Origin: the human T2T-CHM13v2.0 reference genome, Homo sapiens | Strand: one strand, 5' to 3' | Length of the DNA: 64,000 bases | Assembly (NCBI RefSeq): GCF_009914755.1 | Contig: NC_060930.1 | Shown: positions 27,763 through 50,677 of the stretch, piece after piece | Layout of the letters: each line of letters begins with the position of its first letter | How positions within the stretch are numbered: the first letter of the stretch is position 1 | Made by a program: the position numbers and the translations under genes | The notes under the pieces: model-generated | The model's database searches: none | Told to the model about the DNA's origin: nothing | The model's input: the letters and a program-made list of their open reading frames with translations, nothing else

Positions 27763-29061
27763 TGTTCCCGGAATGAACCAAGGATCAGGCTGCTTATTCT
27801 CACGGCCCAATAACGAGATGCAGATGAACTGGGAAAGAAGAGAGTTTACTTCTGTAACCGGGTATAGAGAGAAGGCCGGGAAAATATCAGCAGACCAACT
27901 CAAAATTACAGTTTTGCAGAGCTTATATACCTTCTAAGCTACATGTCTACGTGTAAGTGTGCATTCATCGGAAGACATAAGTTATTAATTTCTTCTAACC
28001 TATAGCTAAAGTCTGTGGCCTAAAGACCTTCCTGTGGAGCCTCAGTAAATTTACTTAATCTAGATGGGTCCAGGTGCCAAAGGTAATTACCCTTATCTTG
28101 TCTCCTTGCTAAATCATGGAGGTTTAGGGAGTTCCTTCAGACCCCAGTAAAACTTGTTTAATACTAAACGGATCTTGTTAAGAATTCCTTTGTTATCTTG
28201 TCATGCTTCAAGGCCCAGGAAAAGTCTAGGCAAAACTCTCAGTGGGCTTTTGTTACCTTCCAGCCTTTGTATAAGGACACTGGCTCTATTACGTTTGTTG
28301 TTGTTGTTGTTTGTTTGTTTGTTTGTTTGTTTTTGAGAGGAAGTCTTGCTCTGTCGCCCAGGCTGGAGTGCAGTGGCATGATCTTGGCTCACTGCAATCT
28401 CTGCCCACTGCAACCTCCGCCTTCAGGGTCAAGTGATTCTCCCGCCTGGGCCTCCAGAGTAGCTGGGATTACAGGCACCTGCCACCATGCCCGGCTAATT
28501 TTTGTATTTTTGATAGAGATGGGGTTTTACCATGTTGGCCAGGCTGGTCTCGAACTCCTGACCTGAAGTGATCCACCCGCTTCAGCCTCCCAAAGTTGTG
28601 GGATTACAAGCATGAGCCGCTGCGTCCGGCCTTCTATCAACTTATTTATTTATTTATTTATTTATTTATTTTTTGAGGCAGAGTCTCGCTCTGTCCCCCA
28701 GGCTGGAGTGCAACGGGCGGGATCTCGGCTCAATGCAAGCTCCGCCTCCTGGGTTCACGCCATTCTCCTGCCTCAGCCTCCCGAATTGCTGGGACTACAG
28801 GCGCCCGCCATCATGCCTGGCTAATTTTTTTTTTTTTATTTTTTAGTAGAGACGGGGTTTCACCCTTATAGCCAGGATGGTCTCGATCTTCTGAGCTCGT
28901 GATCCGCCTGCCTCGGCCTCGCAATGTTTTGGGATTACAGGTGTGAGCCCGCACCCGGCCTCTATCAACTTTTTAATATTTAACTTAACACTCAGTCAGT
29001 GCTGAAACAGTTGTCATGGAGGCCTGCCTGTTCAGCTGTTAGTGAGACCCGGCCTGCTACA
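27763..29061 (-). mobile_element. ERV1-class solo LTR (LTR15-like, family tentative) with two nested Alus, inserted in an L2 remnant
   Basis: TG...CA ends and a perfect 4-bp TSD GCAC (27759-27762, 29062-29065). Confidence 0.8.
28294..28960 (-). mobile_element. Tandem Alus (AluS 28294-28631; AluY-like 28642-28960)
   Basis: Two full Alus sharing TCTATCAACT target copies. Confidence 0.92.
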
Positions 29062-30305
29062 GCACAATTTAAAATTGTGAGGTTCCATGACGGTGAAAGA
29101 GGGCTATGACAAAGAATAAGGGGAAGAAGATATAGTTTAGATAACAGGGGTGTGTTTTTCAGAAAAGGCCTCTCTGAGGAAATCGTGTTTAAAATGACAT
29201 GTTTATAAACTGTGTTTGAATACTGAAATACTTGTATATTGATAATTCTAAAATAATACAACTATTAGCCTTTGAAATTTGTAGTTAATAGTAGGAAATA
29301 CATTTATTTTTATTACTTATGCACAGTTTTCTTACCATTTTTAAAAGTAAATTGTAGATATAAGTGAATACTTCTATATATGCTTTAGTTATAAAATTTA
29401 AGGAACTGCTATTTGATTATCTTCATATCACCTGGAATAAGCCATGAGCATTACTGATTTTTACAGATAAAATATCTTTTGTTTTGTGAAGGATTTTTCT
29501 GTATTTCCCAATTAACTGTTTCTATATATACAATAAAAATTATCTTCTCACCATTCAGTGTGTCTGTTTTAAGGTTAATATTGTACCAAATATGGACTAA
29601 TCCTCATTTCTAAAGCTTATGTAACCACATAGTGTTTTATGTCCAATAAAATGTTATTTATGTACTCGGTTTACAACATATCTAATTTTTCATAGAGGAA
29701 ATGGACATTTTGGCAACGTTTAATGGTGACAAAATGAAACAGAATCTTTTTTTTTAGAAAAATAAAATATGTACTTTCTACCTTTTGGATATGAATTTTC
29801 ACTTGTTTTCTACTGACAGTTACTTCTCAAATAGTGTACATTACAAATAAAGTTATCATAATTAGTGGGAAAGAATATTGATCAAAATATTTTATATTCC
29901 ATCTTTACCTCTGTTCAAAAACTTCACGTAAAATTGTATATGTACATTTCAAAATGTAAAAGTAATGTTTGTAAGGATCTTCACAATTATCAAAGCATTA
30001 AATGTACCATTTATTTTTTATTTACTGAATAAAAGGGAAGTTTATTAAATGGTACAAATATCACATTTTCTCTGTTTTGATACTTGTTTGTTACAGTTTA
30101 TAGTTTATGCTATCTGAATCCAGGATTTTTTTTTTTTTTTTAATAGAGATGGGGTCTCCTTATGTTTCCTGGGTTGGTTTCCAACTCCTGGCCTCAAGTG
30201 ATCCTCCTGAATAGTTGGTATTATCGGCATGCATCACACCAACTGGCCCTTTTTAAATTATTGTTATTATTTTAATTTTATTTTTTAAACTAAAAAAATT
30301 TTTTT

Positions 30306-30869
30306 GAACTAAAAGTAGATCTGCCATTTGATCCAGCAATCCCACTAGTAGGTGGGAAAAGAAGTCATTATATGAAAAAGATACTTGCACATGCATGTTT
30401 ATAGCAGCACAATTTGCAATTGCAAAAAATATGGAACCAACCCAAATGCCCATCAATCAACAAGTGGATTAAGAAAATGGAATACTACTCAGCCATAAAA
30501 AGGAACGAAATAATGGCATTCGCAGCAGCCTGGATGGAATTGGAGACTATTATTCTAAGTGAAGTAACTCAGGAATGGAAAACCAAACACCGTATGTTCT
30601 CACTTATAAGTGGGAGCTAAGCAATGAGGACACAAAGGCATAAGAATGATATAATGGACTTTGGGGACTTGGAGGAAAGGGTGGGATGGGGTGGGAGGGA
30701 TAAAAGACTACACAATGGGTACAGTGCACACTGCTTGGATGACGGGTGCATCAAAATCTCAGAAATCACCACTAAAGAACTTATTAATGTAACCAACCAC
30801 CACCTATTCCCCAAAAACCTACTGAAATTTGTAAAAGAATCAAATACAATACAATAAAATATGTAAAAT
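30306..30869 (+). mobile_element. L1PB-type 3' fragment (ORF2 C-terminus and 3' UTR) between two old minus-strand Alu monomers (30127-30249, 30883-31003)
   Basis: WNQPKCPSINKWIKK/EYYSAIKRNEIMAFAAAWMELETIILSEVTQEWKTKHRMFSLISGS is the L1 ORF2 end; TSD TAAAAAAATTTTT. Confidence 0.92.
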
Positions 30870-30884
30870 TAAAAAAATTTTTAA

Positions 30885-31040
<156 letters not shown>

Positions 31041-31289
31041 TGATCATTGTTTATTATTAATGTTAGGAGTAAATTTTTTTTTCAAAAAAGTCTTATTTAA
31101 ATCGATGGCACAACTTACAATTAATGGCATTTTAGAATTGGCATCATATGGCATGATTTATATTTTGTCAGCAGCAAGCCTTGATTTCATCCACCTGGAG
31201 TAGAAAATGAAATACTATTAAATTTTAATGTCCAGCTTTCCATGGTTCTTCTCCCCAGGCTGTGATCCCTTGAACTCTCCCTCATCCTC

Positions 31290-31570
31290 CACTTTCTCAC
31301 GATTCTCGTTCGGTATTTCTGGGAGTCCTGGACGGCGTGCCTTACACCAGGTTTATAACCCGCTCCTCCCCTGGAGGTACCTGCTGCTAGCTCTCCCGCT
31401 CTGTTCCTGGCCACGCCCACTGCACTTCCGGTGGCCTGAAGGAGGATCACATGAGACATCCCGGGGTCTGGCTGCATGCAGTCCCCAGAGGCTGTCCCCT
31501 CAGCACTGTTTAGTAGTCGGGTTCTCGGCGACTTCAGTCTAGTCCCCAAGGCTTGCTCTCCTTCGTCCAG
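31290..31570. promoter_or_regulatory. Candidate orphan promoter/enhancer
   Basis: Non-repeat, CpG-retaining; TATAAA on the minus strand (31352-31357), SP/KLF (31409-31418), ETS (31424-31432), E-box (31447-31454). Confidence 0.5.
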
Positions 31571-32251
31571 GAGCAGCTCTGCTCAAAGCCAAAGGGTCTC
31601 CAGGTGTCTCAGGGAAGCTTCTGTCACAAACTTACTGCAACCTTTGTTTTCCAGCCTTCCACACACACACAAGTCTCCATGGAATCACAGGGCAGTTGCA
31701 ACTCCCCTTTCAACAGGAAAACTGCAACAGCCTCCCTTCTACCCAAAAGGCATCACGTCATTTAAAAGAAGGATGAGGCAGGGCAGTCAGTAATAACAAT
31801 GGCAACCACAATAGGTGTCACTCCATTTTGATGTTAGGAAACTCAACAGAGAAAATCAGAGAGGTTGAATGAGTTGCTCAAGGTCACAGACCTAAGAAAA
31901 CCATGCTCAGGATTTGAACCAAGGACTGCCTCTCTCCAAACACACCTATGCCATCTCCCATAAAAGGACTGGATTTTTTTCTGTCCCATGGCTGTTTTTA
32001 CCTCTTGCTGAGCCTATCAGCTGAGGTACGTAGGGTAAGGTGTGGGGAAGCACAAACTCCTCCATGTGCAATGGGTTGAAACACCTATTCCACATTACTG
32101 CTGTTGTTGCAGCAGGGATAAAGGGGGGGGTCGTGACCTACCAAAAGGCCCCTGAATTTATTTTTCAGCTTTTAGCTTATATTTTTGTTTCTATTGTACC
32201 ATTTGATGCATGCACTTAAGTGCCTTTAAAAAGGAAACTCCAAACAGCTGA

Positions 32252-32590
<339 letters not shown>

Positions 32591-33178
32591 TGATGACATC
32601 TTTTATGAAATCCTTTTTATGTTTTCAAGTGAATTTGGGTATTTTGTTTTATGTTTTCAAGTGAATTTGGTCAGTTTTCTCCCTTGAAAGAACCAATGCA
32701 ATGCAATTTATTCATTCAGACTTTCTTTTCCTTTCTCTTTCCCTCCCTTCCTTCTCTCTGTCTTTCCCCCATTTATCATCTAGGAGACACCTGCATTACA
32801 GTGTTTGAAGCAGTTCTAAGCATTATGGGATACAGAGATGAATATAACTGATACCTGTCCTAGGATATTACACTGTAAAGAACTGGATCTTTAGAGCAGA
32901 AGGCAAATACAGAAAAATTCTAATACCAATTATAAAAGGATAAATACTTAAGCAAATCTGATAAGTGTGATGTTTTTTGTTTTGTACATAGATTACTCTC
33001 CACTGAGAGAGAAGAGAGCAGGGCACTAGGGAAAGCATCTTGAGGAGATGGTGTACGGGGTAGATTTGGAAGGATGGGTAAGAAGTTGTTATGCAGATAT
33101 GGAGCATGGGCAGAGTTTAGGGCAGTAGAACCATCAGAAACTGTATGATGGGATCAATGAAGAATAGGCTATACATGG

Positions 33179-33544
33179 TGAAATGAATGGAATGCTTACA
33201 TCCCCCCTAAATTCATATGTTGAAATCCTAACCCTTAAACTGATGGTATTAGGAGGTGAGGGCTTTAGCATGTGATTAGGTCATGAAGGTAAAGCACTTG
33301 TAATTGGAATCAGTGCCTTTACAACAGGGACCCCAGAGAGCTAGCTAAACCCTTCCATGATGCAAGAACACAGCAAGAAGGCACCCTCTATGAACCAGAA
33401 AGTGGGCCTTCACCGGACATGGAATCTGCTGTGCCTTGATCTTGGACTTCCTAGCCTGTAGAAATGTCATAAATAAATTTCTGTTGTTTATAAGCTACCC
33501 AGGTTATGGTATTTTATTATAACAGCCTGAAATAGACTAAGACA
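33179..33544 (+). mobile_element. MLT1A-type MaLR solo LTR
   Basis: Ends GACTAAGACA; 5-bp TSD CATGG. Confidence 0.85.
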
Positions 33545-33685
33545 CATGGTCAACAATAGATATTTAATTTTGATGGGATGTTAGTTTTTCAAGGTGGGTG
33601 AAAAAATAAGCTTAAAAAGGTAGGCCAAGACCAAATTTAGGAGACCTTAAATCCTTAAATGCCAGCCTTTGGACTGACATAGGAC

Positions 33686-35903
<2,218 letters not shown>

Positions 35904-36304
35904 CTAAGACTTCTTCGGTTATGTTGAGGCTGGTTCTGGGAACATTGGAAATACTGCAAACTGGAACCAACTGTTGCTACTGGAACAATACTGCTACTAC
36001 TGGGGAGAATAGGGTTGGTGTGATGGTAATGGTTCCCTTTTAGATTTTTCGGTTCTTTAGAACCCGGCTAACTCTGTTTCTGCCTCCTGTATGGAGTCAC
36101 CCTGATGCTACCAACTCATGTCTTTTTGTCTCCTCCTCTCCACTACTGTGTTGATATTATTTAGAATTTTAGTTCTGGATTATTATGCTATAAATATATT
36201 TTTATTTCTCTCTCTTTTCTTTGTTCATTTTTGAAAATAAAAACAGCATCTGAATTTCATATGTCTTTATCAGATAAAAATTCTATTTTTCATTTATTAT
36301 GTTT

Positions 36305-38936
<2,632 letters not shown>

Positions 38937-40623
38937 TGAGCTGATGTTCCCCTGGAGTTATCAGGTACCAATGTGACATACCAATACCAGGTCCTACTTT
39001 CTGTGTTCCTTATGGTTTTAAGATTAAGGAGTTGAGTCCCAGAGAGTCCCTTAGGTGTTGGAACGATAGTCAACAAGCCATCTGTTGCCCCTCCACTAGG
39101 CATTACTCTGCTAGGGATTCTCCTCTAAAGCCTTTGAAAGGGAGCCGGTAGTCATCTCATAAGTGATGCACCATTTACCACACATGAGGAGGACTGGAGG
39201 AGTGAGTGCTCAGGGAAGCTGGTCAGCCTCCCCTTTTTAGCGTGGGTGATTGCTGCTGCCTCCTGACTCACAGTGGTTATGGGACAGGCAATGGTCCAAA
39301 GGAAAGAGGAGAGAAAAGGAGAGCAGAACCTAGCAGCACTCTACCTATTATTCTAACTCTGCATTCCTCCCCACCCAAAGTTTATGATGGCCTTTAGTGT
39401 CTCCAGGAGTTTCTCACAGTTTTTTTCTAGGGCTGATTCCCCAGGGCATCTGTGGCCTGTGCCTGATCTTGTCTGTACTTCAGGGGCCAGCAGTGGGGGA
39501 TAGGTTACTGAAAGTTTTTGAGTTTTGCTGTGAGAAGATTAATCTTTCAGCAGAGTGCAATAAAAGGAGGAAGGAAACCCTGTTACTAGTTTAAGTAAGC
39601 AATAATGGAGATCTGGATTAATAGTTTGTATGTTGAAGTGAGAAGATTTTTTTTTTAAGTATAAATGATTTATTTGTTAGTTGAGCCCAAGCTTGAAGAA
39701 GCTGCTCTTTTATTTTGCCTCTTTTTTTTCTTACATATGTTTATTCTTAGCCTTTTCTTTTCTTTTCTTTCTTTTTTTTTTTTTTTGCAGTGAATTCTAC
39801 AAACTAAGCACTGGAAGAATGTCGAGATGTTACAGTGAAAAAGGAAGCTAAATGAGGCCAGATTGGAGAGCAAATTGTTATTATTTAAAACTTATGGACC
39901 ACCTCGAATATGCCAAGTTCTATTTAAGAAAATACAGAAACATGATTCCTTTCATTTAACAGCTGACATTTTCAGGAAGTATACACCACATTTTTGTGTG
40001 TGTTTTACTCCACATACTGCCAATATTTAAACTTGCTTAGTTTGAGGAATTTCCTCTTATTAGTTTTCTTTTTCTCAACTTTTTTTTTAGAGTGGTTCTC
40101 TTTCTTTTTTAAATTTTGTTTCTGTTTTCTTTCCTGTTTTTAAAAATAAAAATAGAGACTATGATCAAATATCATTGCATATGTTCCTATTACTGGGTTG
40201 AAAGTTGGTAACTGAAACACTACCTTTATTCTGTGATTTTTCTAAAAGCAGGCTGGATGAACTATTTGTTATCCTTTTTGCAATTGTTCAGTGTGTTTGT
40301 CTCTCCACAGAATGGTAACTGGCTGATCTCCATTTTCATTTCAGGTTAAAATCAAGGAAATCAATTTGAACTGTAGCACGCAAGTTTTATGTTAATTACA
40401 AACATATGAAAAATGTTCAGTTTTAAGTAAGATAATGTTGTTTATTTTTCCCCCTGTCTTTTATGCCTCTAATTCTGCTATAAATCATATGTAAAAAGAA
40501 TTTGGTGAGACGCAGTAAGAATTCTCATAAAATGCTGATGGGAAGGAAACTTCTGCTGACCATGAAGGATACTTATAGATACAGTGTAGCTACTCCCCCT
40601 GTGCTCCCACCCCCACCATATAC

Positions 40624-41002
40624 CAGTGGTTCTTAAACTTTAACATGCATCATAATCACCCAGAGAGTTTGTTAAAACAGGGATTGCTGGGCTCCACCTC
40701 CAGAGTTTCTGATTCAGTAAATCTGGGGCAAGCCTTGATAATGTGTTTCCTAACAAGTCCCCAACTCATAGTGACACTACTAGTCCAGGGATCAACTCTG
40801 AGAATCACTGCCATATACCAATATTTCTCAGTACTGACTGCACCTGGGGATTTTAAAGAGAATACAACTGCCAAAAATTACCAGTGCTCAGGTCTGTTCC
40901 CACTGATTCTGATTTAATTGGTTGGGAATGAGGCCAGGATACCTGTATTTTATAAAAGTTCTTCAGGAGATTCTAAGGTATACTTAGGTTCAAGAAGCAC
41001 TT
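40624..41002. mobile_element. Two tandem MER5-type hAT MITEs (40624-40810, 40819-41002)
   Basis: TIRs CAGTGGTTCT...AGAATCACTG; 8-bp TSD CCATATAC. Confidence 0.85.
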
Positions 41003-41214
41003 CCTTACACTCAATCTCCACCCGTCATTCAGAGAAACTCATGTAGTTTCTGTTTCACCTTCCATTAAAGCCTTCAATGTTAAGCTATTATCAAGATATT
41101 TTTATATAGACTGGGATGCCTATTAGTCTTAGTCACCACCAAAATGTAAGTCACTAAGTATTTATCCTCTCCCTTACTCTTACTATTTCTCCATGATTTC
41201 TCTCCACTAATCCA

Positions 41215-42192
41215 TACCTGCTCCTACTTTGCCTTCCACCATGAGTAAAAGTTCCTTGAGGCCTCCCCAGAAGCAGACGCCGCCATGCTTCCTGTACAGC
41301 CTGCAGAGCCATGAGCCAATTAAACCACTTTTCTTATAAATTACCCAGTCTCAGGTATTTCTTTATGGCAATGCAAGAAAGGACTGATACAGGTAATAAA
41401 TCATTCATTCATTCAAATAAAGTTACCATAGTGTTGGGGATACAGAAAAGAGACAGCCCCTTAAGGAGCTCAAAGTCCTCAGAATACCCTTCCTTTATTG
41501 TGATTTAGTGCCACTTTTGAAGACAAAAAAGAAGTAAGAGTCTTATTTCGTGAACATGTGGCAAATGTATGACTCATTACGTTTATGGTTCCACTAAGTT
41601 TAAATTAGGAGGAAGTTCCTAATAAGTATTTTTAAGCAAAAAATAGTTGTGATCGATTGTAAAATTAGACACAAATTATCTCATCTCTTTATGGATACCC
41701 TATGCAATGTGAATTTGTGGTCTTCCCATCATGAGGTGAATTCTATTTCTCCACCTGGTGAATTTGGGCTTGGTCATGTGACTTGATTGGCCAATGGGAC
41801 ATTATTAACAAATAAATGCACTGCAAGTAGAGGCTTGAAAGGTGCTTGTGCATTGTTGGGGCTTGCTGTCTTGCTGCTCTTCGAGCCTTGAGATAACCAT
41901 GTGAATGAGCCTCTGGATGAAGAGAGACACAGGGTCATGCCATCCCTGTTACTCCAACTAACAAACACCAGCCACCAAACCTAAGTCGGAGGCTCTCTTA
42001 GCCCATCCAACTCCAGCTGAACCACCAGCTACCATACAGATGTGTGAGTGAGCCAGCAGCCAGCAGCTGTGCAGGCCCAGACCGAAAGAACTACCCATTG
42101 GAAAGTAGGTGTTGGATTCTTTCCAATCCACAGAACCAAGGACAATAATACATGCTTTAAGTCACTACATTTTGGGGTGCATTGTTATACAG
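41215..42192 (+). mobile_element. MST 3' fragment (41215-41391) and MLT1-type LTR (about 41648-42192)
   Basis: MaLR LTR motifs (AAATTACCCAGTCTCAGGTATTTC...). Confidence 0.7.
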
Positions 42193-42739
42193 AATATATA
42201 TATTCTATTGTTATATAGAATTTTTAGTTATCTTAAAATTTTTTAAAACTTAATTTAACCTGCTGTGACTACTGGATTAGGATGATTTCAGAAAGTAAAA
42301 ATAGAGTCTTAAAATGTAACATTTCTTGCAGCTGGCTGTCGGTTCTATTGAATTTTTACCTAAGGATTTAAATGAATTAGTTGACAGAGATCTTTATTTT
42401 TTATTATCTCTGGTGCACAGCGTGAAGTTGAAGTTGGGCGAGGGGTAAAATTTTCGGTTAGTAGCTGGATGAAAGATCAGCCGATTCTCCCAGCTTTTAG
42501 TCTTGCTCTGCCTAGTACACTATCAGTCAGCATTTGCTTAAGGAGTGGTTGGTATTTACTGCTTTTCAGTTCAACAACAGGCTACTTTTTAAATATAAAA
42601 ATTACCACTCTGAGTTCTATCCACCATCCACTCATCTCTCAGTCACTCATTCCTGCTATGCAACGGCTCCAAGGGATATATTCTAGGAAGCCATAATTAT
42701 AGTCCTTGGCTGTAAATCCATTGGATGCAGCAGTTGTCT

Positions 42740-43980
42740 CTGTGCTGTCTCTCTCTCACTTGCCACTCCTCAACCCATTGTAATCTGGTTTCTGCTCTCC
42801 CATGCTAATGAAACCTTCTCACCAAGGCCACAAAGAACCTGGTATTGCTAAATCCAATGGATACTTCTCAATTTCTATTTTAACCTCTTAGCAGCATGTG
42901 ACATTGTTGATCACTCCCTTCTTGAAGAACGTTACTCCCTTTGCTTCTGCTATACCACTATCTTCTGCTCTTTTTCCTGTTACTCTGACCATTCTACAGT
43001 GTCTGTTGAGGGCTCTTTTGTATCTCCCCATCTTTAAATATTGATGTTCCTTCAGCTTAGGTCCTGGGCCTTTTCCTCTTCTTCCTCTACACACTCTTCC
43101 TGTGCAATCTCCTCCCTTGCATAGCTTTGATTATCTTGTATGTATTCATCTCTTCCAAAGCAATGTCTCCAATTGAAGTCACTCTCCTGACCATCAGAAA
43201 TCCAGCCATCTACTGAAAAACATCTCTTGGATATCTCTCAGGCACCTACCTCAATCTCAGTATGTCCAAAACTGAAGATTGAAACCTCCGCTTCCCCCAC
43301 CCGCACACTGCTTTTTGCTCCCTCAGCTCTTTTTGTATCCCATCTGCAGTGTCTGACATGGCTGTTTACCTAGTTACCCAAGAGAGAAACCCAGGCATCA
43401 TCCTTGAGTTCTTCCATCTCCAGTTCATTCATATGTCCCACCAGTTCTATCCCCATGAATAGTTCTTGTTTAAATCCAGTTCTCCTCATCCGCACAGCCA
43501 CATTACCATGTTACCCAGCCCCGAGCCATCCTCTTCTCTTGCCTAGATTATGAAGCAGCTTTGTAACTGGAGCACTTGCCCCGGCCTTGCCACTTCCCCT
43601 CCATTTTCCACACAGCTGTCAGAAAGACCTTAGAATGCAAATCTGGTTATGAACGTCCCTTCTGTTAAAACTCTTTAATTTCTTTCCACTTCCCTTTGTA
43701 TAAACACCCATACAGTTCACGATTTAAATTAGGGGAATGATTCATAATGTGCCTAACTCTCCAATCTAATTTCTTCCAAACTTTGTCATCTAGCCAACCT
43801 AATTTCTTTTGGTTCATCAGTGTTCTCTTCACCTCTCAGCATTTGAATATGTAGTTCCTTTTGTCTGGAATACTCTTCTCCCCTCCCTCCCCTATTTGGC
43901 TTGACTAACTCTAATTATTCTTTCAGGGTCCAGGTTACATGATCCATTTTCTGAGAAGCTTTCTCTGATGTCTCAGGTCT
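42740..43980 (+). mobile_element. L2 remnant
   Basis: Pyrimidine-rich L2 motifs (ATTGCTAAATCCAATGG, ATGTCCAAAACTGAA). Confidence 0.7.
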
Positions 43981-44146
43981 GGAAACCCACCCCCTCCAGC
44001 ACCTCCAGGGATTTCCTCCATCACTGTTTTCTGAAATGTGTGCTTTTCTCCGGGAGGCAGACCACATGGGATTTTCTCAACTTTAAAGCTCCAGCAACTA
44101 CCACTGGCCCCGGCACACATCACCCTCATAGTTGTGCTGAATTTAA

Positions 44147-46337
<2,191 letters not shown>

Positions 46338-46979
46338 GAGAGTCAAATGTTTTTTAATGTTTACTAGGTACTGCGTGGCAGTCAGGCCCACAGAAGATGA
46401 GGGTACAATTTGAGAGGCACATGAGGGCTACAAACGAGAGCATGTGTGAACTGTATGAATAAGTGTTTGTGATTGGTGGGTATATGGGGCACCTTTTACA
46501 TTTCACTTGGCATCAACAGGTGCAGATACGTCCTGGTAATGCCTCAGATGCACCGCATATCTCACGCTGTTCTGTTACTTCTCTGTTCTTGCTGTGTGGG
46601 TGTCCTCAGAAACCCACTGAGACATTGTGACAGATGCACACACTTGAAGTGCAAAAGAATAACACTCCAGGGGGCAATCTGACCTGGGGGATGGGAGCCA
46701 GGGTATAATATGAATGTGTATTATGCATATCTCCTTCCTCTATGCTTCAGAAGGATAATTCTCAGTGGCATTTTACACAGCTCCTCAGAGCTCCTGGTTG
46801 CCTGCAGCAGTGACTATCTTGATTATGTATCCGGGGATTGGCTCTTTCCCCAAGTTCCCTCATCTGTTCCTTGGGATCCCTTCCCCAAATAAACTGAGTA
46901 CAAGCAAACCTTTGTGTCAGGCTCTGCCTTTGGAGGGATCCTGTGCTCATATAATGGCACAGAGCAATGAGTGAAAGGA

Positions 46980-48489
<1,510 letters not shown>

Positions 48490-49016
48490 TAAGTGAATGA
48501 CTGTAACCAGAAGTAATTGAGAAAGTTGTAAAAGAGAAGTGTCTGCTATTACGTATAGATTCACCTCTCTGCCCAATTTATTAAATCCTGGAGATGTTTA
48601 TAGGCTATTTTAGCTACAGATTTCATTCTCTTTCAATATTTCCCCAAATTGGAAAACATTAAATAGTAAGACCAAACACTCCACAACAGAGGGAAGACAA
48701 GAAGAAACTGAACTGCTGCATCATTCAACTTCATCTTTGTGACATTTTCTTGCTGACAATCACAACAAAATTTAAAGCATTCATAATTCTGATTTTAAGT
48801 TCTATTTTGCATGGTGTTAAGAAGAGTAGATTTCCAATAATCCCTGCTACTTTTCAGGGTTTTCAAAATTGGGTAATAAATATCCCAACTGTACATTTGT
48901 TAAGTAGTAAAATTATGTATGAGCTATATGAAGAAATGGCTGTAACTTGCTGTAGTGGTACCAACCAACAACTGGCTTTGTAAAAATTCTTCATATTGAA
49001 ATATATTTACAAGCCA

Positions 49017-49700
49017 GATTTTTAAATTGATACATAATGCCTGTACATATTTATGGGGTACATGTGAAATTTTGTTACATGCATAGAATTGCAATGATCA
49101 AGTCAGGTATTTAGGGTATCCATCACCTTGAGTATTGATATGGTTTGGCTGTATCCCCATCCAAATCTCATCTTGATTTGTAGTTCCCATAATCCCTAAG
49201 TGTTGTGGGAGGGACCAGGTGGAGATAATTGAATCACAGGTGCAGTTTCTCCCATCCTGTTCTTGTGATAGTAAGTTCGTTCTCATGAGATCTGATGGCT
49301 TTTTAAGGGGCTTCTCCCTTCGCTGGGCACTCATTCTTCTTTTTCTGCCGCCATGTGAGAAAGGACATGTTTGCTTCTACTTCTGCCATGATTGGAAGTT
49401 TCCTGAGGCCTCCCCAGGCATGCTGAACTGTGAATCAATTAAACCTCTTTCCTTTATAAAATTACCCAGTCTTGGGTTTGTCTTTATTATCAGCATGAGA
49501 ACAGACTAATATAGTATTAATAATTTCTGTGTGTTGGGAACACTTCAAGTCCTCTTTTCTAGCTTTTTTGAAATATATAATACATTGCTGTTAACTATGG
49601 TCACCCTACTCTGCTATCAGACATTAGAGTATTCCTTCTATTTATCTGTATGTTTGTACCCATTAACCAACTTCTCTTCATTCCCCCACCACACACACAT
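49017..49700. mobile_element. L1MA 3' end (-) interrupted by a THE1 solo LTR (49136-49513, +)
   Basis: TGATATGGTTTGGCTG...GACTAATA with AGTAT target duplication inside L1 3' UTR sequence. Confidence 0.85.
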
Positions 49701-50243
49701 ACTCTTCCCCTACAAGTCAGATTGTGACTATAGAGTCTTTCTAGTCATTCTGATTTTTTGAGTGGTGAAGTGGAAGGCACTTTGGACTTAGAATAATGGG
49801 CTTGTGTTTAAGTTTAATATCTTTACTATGCAATGCACTGATACATGTGATCTTGTTTGGTGAATGAAAAAGTAACATGACAATATCAAGTGTTACCATT
49901 ATTACTAAGTCTTTAAAAATGGCTGGGTATATTACCTCAGAAGTTAACAAGTATTGAAAATAACATCATCTTCTGAGTCAGACAAATGTGAATAGCATTT
50001 CTGACTCTACTCTGTACTGTAATTACTTGTCTCCTCTCAGCCTTAGTCTCTGTTCTGTAAAGTGCAGAGAAAAAATTCTTACCTAATAATGAATACCCTC
50101 TAGTGTAGTGAGGATTATATAAGATAAAGTATTCACTGGATCTGTCAAATAGTAGATGCTCAATAAATGTTAGTTTTCCTCTTAGTTTCTGCATTTATAA
50201 AATTGTGATTACATTTTACTATTTTGGTTAGTTTTTTTAAAAT

Positions 50244-50677
<434 letters not shown>

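Larger units (their letters stand above)
40311..42456 (+). pseudogene. Two candidate fossil exons (40311-40426 and 42332-42456)
   Basis: ctctccacag|...|GTAAGA reading LADLHFHFRLKSRKSI*TVARKFYVNYKHMKNVQF; ttcttgcag|LAVGSIEFLPKDLNELVDRDLYF/IISGAQREVEVGRGVKFS|GTTAGT. Phases join (0). Confidence 0.4.
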
